From: Alphaproteobacteria bacterium
GTDB taxonomy: Bacteria; Pseudomonadota; Alphaproteobacteria; Rs-D84; CACZYB01
Assembly (NCBI GenBank): GCA_017938435.1
Contig: JAGBBO010000008.1
Coordinates: 143,344-207,343, forward strand
Direction of reading: 5' to 3'
Length of the DNA stretch: 64,000 nt
Shown piece after piece: positions 59,532-64,000 of this stretch. A program made the translations under genes and the position numbers. A model generated the notes under the pieces. The model saw only the letters and a program-made list of their open reading frames with translations. It was not told the origin of the DNA and searched no databases. Each line of letters starts with the position of its first letter. Position 1 is the stretch's first letter.

Positions 59532-59799
59532 TTTACTAATCCTTTCATTTTATTAAATTCGCTGTTTCCTGCCGGTTTTAAGTAGATAAGTATCTACAAA
59601 AAATCAACCTTTGGAATCAACACAATAAGCACATATTCTTTATATGTTAGAGATTGCCTTAAAACCGTTGTTTTATAAGGATTTAGGAAGAAAAACCTTG
59701 CTTTTTTAGTGGTGTTTTTATATAATGATTTTAATTGTTCGTTAGGATTCAATAGTATTTTCTCAAAAACTAATAAATACAATAAAAGGAGATACTATT

Positions 59800-60393
59800 A
59801 TGATTTACGGATATATCAGGGTTTCAACCGACCAACAAAATACAGAAAACCAAAAATTTGAAATAACCGAGTTTGCTAAAAAACACGAACTTCACATTGA
59901 TAAGTGGGTAATTGAAACTATTTCATCAAGAACAGTATTAGAAAAAAGAAAACTCAATACTCTTCTTAAACAAGTCCAAAAAGATGATATAATCATAGCT
60001 ACAGAAATTTCACGACTTGGTCGTAATATTCTTGAAGTAATGTCTATATTAAAGACTTGTCTTGAAAAGGGATGTCAAGTTTGGACTACAAAAGAGGCTT
60101 ATCAACTCGGTAGTGATATACAGTCAAAACTTCTTGCTTTCGCATTTAGTCTATCAGCTGAAATTGAAAGAAATCTTATAAGTCAAAGGACAAAAGAAAC
60201 GCTTGCTCGCCTTAAAGCAGAGGGTAAAACATTAGGTCGTCCAAAGAACAGTAGGAATGAACTAAAACTAAATGGGAAAGAAAATGAAATAAGAAAGCTA
60301 TTATCCCAGTCAGTTCCAAAACTAAAAATAGCAAGGATGTTTTCAGTAAATCCAACCACTCTTTATAAGTTTATAAAATTGAGGGGGATATAA
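59800..60393 (+). CDS. Small serine recombinase (resolvase/invertase family)
   Basis: MIYGYIRVSTDQQ (catalytic Ser), ISRLGRN, ...AEIERNLISQRTKE.LA..KA.GK.LGRPK and a C-terminal HTH. Confidence 0.85.
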   Translation: MIYGYIRVSTDQQNTENQKFEITEFAKKHELHIDKWVIETISSRTVLEKRKLNTLLKQVQKDDIIIATEISRLGRNILEVMSILKTCLEKGCQVWTTKEAYQLGSDIQSKLLAFAFSLSAEIERNLISQRTKETLARLKAEGKTLGRPKNSRNELKLNGKENEIRKLLSQSVPKLKIARMFSVNPTTLYKFIKLRGI

Positions 60394-60883
60394 CATCCCC
60401 AGCATTTGTCTTTGGAGTATATGATAAGAGTATCATTTACCTCCACCATTTTATACCATCATTTGCGAATATTATTACTCAATAGTGTTTTGCTTACCAT
60501 TTGTTAAAGATATTTTTACTAGCATCTGTTGCTATTATTGCTATCACTATTGCATGCTGATAATGCTTTACTAACTATTCTAAAATAAATTATAAAAATA
60601 TAATAAGTAATACATTGCTTTCAAATGATGAAAACAGAAATAATTTTAGAAAAAATAGATTCAGGATTGCTTGCCTCTATTCATATAGTCTTTTGTAGGG
60701 TATTTATGGAATTATATTTGGAACTTATCTGTTTTTCAAAAATCCACCCATAAAAAATTGTAAAAATAAGGTATAGTTTGCTTACACATCGTAAAAGTGT
60801 GTAAATAATGTATAAATAACTTGACTTTTATAAAAGTGTATGATAATCTTTAATGTAAATTACACAATAAAAAAGGAATTATT

Positions 60884-61453
60884 ATGAGTAACATATTAGT
60901 AATGCGAGTTTCAACTCAACCTCAATGTCTTCAAAGACAAGAAGTTCTAAAAGACAAGTATGCTATTGATAAAGTCTTCGCCGAGCATATTAGTGGTAAG
61001 ATTGTAAAAGAAAGACCAGCGATAAAAGCAATGCTTGATTATGTGCGTGAAGGTGATTGTGTTTATTGCCTATCACTTGATAGACTTGGAAGAAATCTAA
61101 AAGAATTAAAAGAAGTCGTTGAAGAGATAACAAACAAGGGCGCTACTATACATTTTGAAAAAGAAAATCTTACATTTGGCGGGGAAAATGATTCCCTTCA
61201 AAAGTTATTGTTTCATCTTCTTTGTGCTTTTTATGAATTTGAGCGTGAGAATATCCTTGAAAGACAGAGATTTGGTATTCAAAAGGCAAAATCCGAAGGA
61301 AAATATAGTAGGGAAAGAAGTAAGAAACTAAATCCTGTTATGCGGGAAAATATGATAAAAGACCGAGAGATAGGTATGAGTATTTCCGATATCCTAAAGA
61401 AATACCACATTAGCCGAAAGACCTATTATAACTATTTAGAAAAAATGGAGTAG
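60884..61453 (+). CDS. Small serine recombinase (resolvase/invertase family), divergent N-terminus
   Basis: ILVMRVSTQPQ, LDRLGRN, YEFERENILERQRFGIQKAK.EGKY and a C-terminal HTH (ISDILKKYHISRKTYYNY). Confidence 0.8.
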   Translation: MSNILVMRVSTQPQCLQRQEVLKDKYAIDKVFAEHISGKIVKERPAIKAMLDYVREGDCVYCLSLDRLGRNLKELKEVVEEITNKGATIHFEKENLTFGGENDSLQKLLFHLLCAFYEFERENILERQRFGIQKAKSEGKYSRERSKKLNPVMRENMIKDREIGMSISDILKKYHISRKTYYNYLEKME

Positions 61454-61627
61454 ATAATATCCTATTTACATATTGTATAATCTATTTTATTCAAAAATTC
61501 TCTTGAATGTATTTTTATTTGATGCTAAAAAGTGCGAAGAAACTGATGCTAAAATTTGAAAAAAATTATAGCTAATAGATATAAAATTAGGCAAATTGAG
61601 AGGTTGTGGTTTTAATAATTCAGTTTT

Positions 61628-61644
61628 TCCCTTCCTCTCCGCCA
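61628..61644 (+). repeat. attR: duplicated tRNA-Ser 3' end
   Basis: TCCCTTCCTCTCCGCCA, identical to 52629-52645. Confidence 0.85.
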
Positions 61645-61773
61645 CGGAAAGTAAAGTCGTTGAATCATTTGGCAACAAATTTGATTTTTTACAATTTTTC
61701 GCTAACACCATTCAAAATCAAGAATCTTATAGTTTGGCGTTAAATTTCTTTCAGCCACTGAAAATAAATATAA

Positions 61774-62205
61774 TTATTCTTCCAAAATTTTCTCTATATC
61801 ATCAAGTTTTTGAAGTATTTCGGATAATTCAGCCTTGTTATCATCTTTTTCCAATAATGGGGCTGAAAAATTGAATTTTTTTAAAATTTTAGATTCCTGA
61901 ACTGGTTCTAATGCTTGTTTTGTTTCATTCATTTCAAAATCAGCAAAAACCTTTCCCGAAACAGCACTACCTGTTTTTTCGTGCAAAACCTTCTTTGCTC
62001 CTTTAATGGTAAAACCTTTTTTATAAAGTAAATCTTTTATTTTAAGGATAGTATCAATATCGGATTGACGATAATATCTTCGTCCTTGACGACGATCTGG
62101 ATTTATCTCTGGAAATTCAGTTTCCCAAAAACGAATCACATACTTTGGAAGGTCAGTTTGTTCGGAAACTTCAGCTATGCTGTAAAAAATTTTTTCTCCG
62201 CTCAT
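61774..62205 (-). CDS. MerR-family transcriptional regulator
   Basis: YSIAEVSEQTDLPKYVIRFWETEFPEINPDRRQGRRYYRQSDIDTILKIKDLLYKKGFTIKGAKK is a MerR HTH. It lies downstream of ihfA, as in many alphaproteobacteria. Confidence 0.8.
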   Translation of the reverse strand: MSGEKIFYSIAEVSEQTDLPKYVIRFWETEFPEINPDRRQGRRYYRQSDIDTILKIKDLLYKKGFTIKGAKKVLHEKTGSAVSGKVFADFEMNETKQALEPVQESKILKKFNFSAPLLEKDDNKAELSEILQKLDDIEKILEE

Positions 62206-62224
62206 TCCACCCTCCTTTTAATAT

Positions 62225-62512
62225 TTAATTAAGAGATGTTTTTAAATTCTTTGCAGGACGGAAAGAAATTACATTTCTTTCTTCGATAATAGCATCTTCA
62301 CCAGTTTTTGGATTTCTTCCAACACGAGCGTTTTTATGTTTTACAGTAAATGTCCCAAGGCCCATAATTTTTACTTCTTTGCTTTCTGCAATACCATCAG
62401 ACAAAATATTGAAAAATAAATCGACAATTTCCGCAGCATCAGTAACACTTAGACCAGTTCCTTTTGCAATATCAGATGCTAAATCTATTTTTTTAATATT
62501 TTTACTTTCCAT
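62225..62512 (-). CDS. ihfA: Integration host factor alpha subunit (HU/IHF family)
   Basis: ...LGTFTVKHKNARVGRNPKTGEDAIIEERNVISFRPAK. GAGG SD before the internal ATG (MESKNIKK...). Confidence 0.8.
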   Translation of the reverse strand: MESKNIKKIDLASDIAKGTGLSVTDAAEIVDLFFNILSDGIAESKEVKIMGLGTFTVKHKNARVGRNPKTGEDAIIEERNVISFRPAKNLKTSLN

Positions 62513-62528
62513 AATTTTACCTCGTATT

Positions 62529-63491
62529 TTAAAATTTAAGAAATACAGAACCCCAAGTAAATCCTGCACCCATAGCTGTTAAAAGAACAGTTTGTCCCTT
62601 TTTAAGTTTTCCACTTTTATTAGCAATATCCAACGCAAGCGGAATACATGCCGATGAAATATTACCATGAGTTTCAATAGTTTTTACAACTTTTTCCTCT
62701 GGAATCTCAAGATTTTTCAAAGCAGCATCAATAATTCGAACATTTGCTTGATGAGGAATAAAACAATCAACATCAGCCATTGTTTTCCCTGCTTTTGCAA
62801 CAACTTCTTTTGATATTTCTGGCATTCTTGAAACAGCAAGTTTGAAAACTTCCTTTCCTTCCATAAAAATATTTCCAGAAGATTTTGTAGATGATGGACC
62901 ACCAGTAGCCTTTAAACAATCGAGGTAATTTCCATCTGTTTTTATAGAATAAGACATTATTCCAGTTTGTTCGGTAGTTGCCCTTAAAACTGCAGCACCA
63001 GCACCATCACCAAATAAAACACAAGTTGTTCTATCGTTCCAGTCCATTATTCGTGTAAGAGTTTCGGCACCTACAACAACAGCAGTTTTGTATGCACCCG
63101 ATTTTATCATTGCATCAGCCATAGTCAAGCCATAAACAAAGCCTGAACAAGCAGCAGATACATCAAATGCAACTGCATTTTTTAAACCAAGTTTTTTTTG
63201 AACAATACAAGATGTTGATGGAAAAACCAAATCCGGAGTTATAGTTGCTACAATAAGCAAATCAACATTTTCTGCAGATATTTTAGCATTATCAAGCGCA
63301 TTTTTTATAGCATTGACTGACAAATCCGATGTATATTCATTATCAGCGGCAATATGTCTTTGCTTGATACCGGTACGGGTATAAATCCATTCATCAGATG
63401 TATCAACCATTTTTGATAAATCATCATTGGTCAATATTTTCTCTGGTAAATAAGAACCTGTTCCAATTATTTCTGAATAAATCTCACCCAT
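62529..63491 (-). CDS. fabH: 3-oxoacyl-ACP synthase III
   Basis: 320 aa. IIGTGSYLPEKILTNDDL, AACSGFVYGL (active-site Cys), PHQANVRII and GNISSA. Confidence 0.92.
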   Translation of the reverse strand: MGEIYSEIIGTGSYLPEKILTNDDLSKMVDTSDEWIYTRTGIKQRHIAADNEYTSDLSVNAIKNALDNAKISAENVDLLIVATITPDLVFPSTSCIVQKKLGLKNAVAFDVSAACSGFVYGLTMADAMIKSGAYKTAVVVGAETLTRIMDWNDRTTCVLFGDGAGAAVLRATTEQTGIMSYSIKTDGNYLDCLKATGGPSSTKSSGNIFMEGKEVFKLAVSRMPEISKEVVAKAGKTMADVDCFIPHQANVRIIDAALKNLEIPEEKVVKTIETHGNISSACIPLALDIANKSGKLKKGQTVLLTAMGAGFTWGSVFLKF

Positions 63492-63510
63492 CCTTTTAAT
63501 ACTCCTAAAA

Positions 63511-64000
63511 TTAACTTATTTTTTCAATTTCTTTTTCAACCTTTGATGTAAAATCATCAACAAGCAATCTTGATGCATATAAAACTGCGTTTGAAAATCC
63601 TAAAGCATCAGTTCCGCCATGACTTTTTACAACAATACCATTAAGTCCAAGGAAAACTGCCCCATTATATTTTCTTGGATCCATCTTGCTTTTGAATTTT
63701 TTAACAGGTCCACGCATAAATAAATAACCAATAATTGTAAATATTGATTTTTTGAAAAGTTTTTTCATATCTCCTGCAATAAATTTTGCAGTCCCTTCTA
63801 TAGATTTCAATGCGACATTTCCACTGAAGCCATCAGTTGTAATAACATCAACCTTATCTTTTAAAATATCATCACCTTCAACAAATCCATAATAGTCAAA
63901 TGGAAGATGTTCTTTCTTTTCCGCAAAGATTTCCTCCGCTTTTGTAAGATAAGCAAGTCCCTTTCCTGCTTCGGAACCAATATTTAAAATTCCAACGCGA
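63511..64000 (-). CDS. plsX: Phosphate acyltransferase PlsX, 5'-truncated by the window edge
   Basis: The frame is open to the window end (..GILNIGSEAGKG...DVITTDGFSGNVALKSIEGTAKF...FLGLNGIVVKSHGGTD). The listed M at 63810 is an internal TTG. Confidence 0.85.
   Translation of the reverse strand, partial: RVGILNIGSEAGKGLAYLTKAEEIFAEKKEHLPFDYYGFVEGDDILKDKVDVITTDGFSGNVALKSIEGTAKFIAGDMKKLFKKSIFTIIGYLFMRGPVKKFKSKMDPRKYNGAVFLGLNGIVVKSHGGTDALGFSNAVLYASRLLVDDFTSKVEKEIEKIS

Larger units (their letters stand above)
52629..61644. mobile_element. ~9-kb integrative genomic island inserted at the 3' end of tRNA-Ser
   Basis: The 17-bp direct repeat TCCCTTCCTCTCCGCCA occurs at 52629-52645 (tRNA 3' end) and at 61628-61644. 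A tyrosine integrase gene lies next to the tRNA. The cargo is unrelated to the flanking housekeeping genes and includes two serine recombinase genes. Confidence 0.8.

Noticed and set aside
59594-59782. A 62-aa minus-strand ORF in the Slam/recombinase intergenic region.
   Set aside because: It has no SD and spans the region that must contain two divergent promoters and the palindromic sites. Probably non-coding.
60439-60449. TACCTCCACCA inside the island is identical to the 3' acceptor strand plus CCA of the tmRNA acceptor piece (49451-49441, opposite strand). It could be a relic att site of an ssrA-targeting element.
   Set aside because: The identity is only 11 nt with no extension on either side, and it was noticed post hoc. 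I cannot separate it from chance without a genome-wide k-mer count, so it is not reported as a finding.
61487-61874. ORFs of 74 aa (minus) and 92 aa (plus) around the island right end.
   Set aside because: They cross the attR duplication of the tRNA 3' end or run antisense into merR. They have no SD and low-complexity translations.

Overview
The window is an AT-rich bacterial chromosome segment using the standard genetic code. It contains no rRNA genes and no CRISPR array. Three features point to a low-GC, probably host-associated alphaproteobacterium. These are a GcrA cell-cycle regulator gene, a circularly permuted (two-piece) tmRNA gene, and the plsX-fabH-ihfA-merR gene order at the right edge.

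Most of the window is housekeeping. It holds rpmE, gmk, guaC, ssb, eno, tadA, secA, dnaE, rpsT, rpsI-rplM, prfA, hisS, rodZ, a dus gene, ftsB, rnpA-rpmH, ssrA, a corA-like gene, fabH and ihfA. It also holds an acetate/3-oxoacid CoA-transferase gene pair, an RND efflux operon (adaptor, pump, outer-membrane factor, then an EamA transporter), an HD-GYP protein and a glycosyltransferase.

The accessory or unusual content is:
1. A ~9-kb integrative island at the 3' end of tRNA-Ser(CGA), bounded by a 17-bp direct repeat. It carries a tyrosine integrase, a Slam/DUF560-like outer-membrane protein with a downstream surface-lipoprotein cargo gene, and two small serine recombinases.
2. A second lipoprotein with a TbpB-like C-terminus just outside the island.
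3. An operon-like array of four diverged paralogs encoding secreted Cys-rich proteins with glycine-zipper-like segments, behind an orphan A24 prepilin-peptidase gene. I cannot assign the array to a known family, and it is my best candidate for an undescribed system.
4. Two candidate contingency loci. One is a (CAAA)4(CA)4 tract between an out-of-frame ATG and a glycosyltransferase ORF. The other is a T12 tract inside the spacer of an otherwise consensus promoter.
5. A 956-aa membrane protein with a TonB-like (EP)n/(KP)n spacer, probably co-transcribed with gcrA.

All calls come from reading the ORF translations and the DNA by eye. No database search was run.
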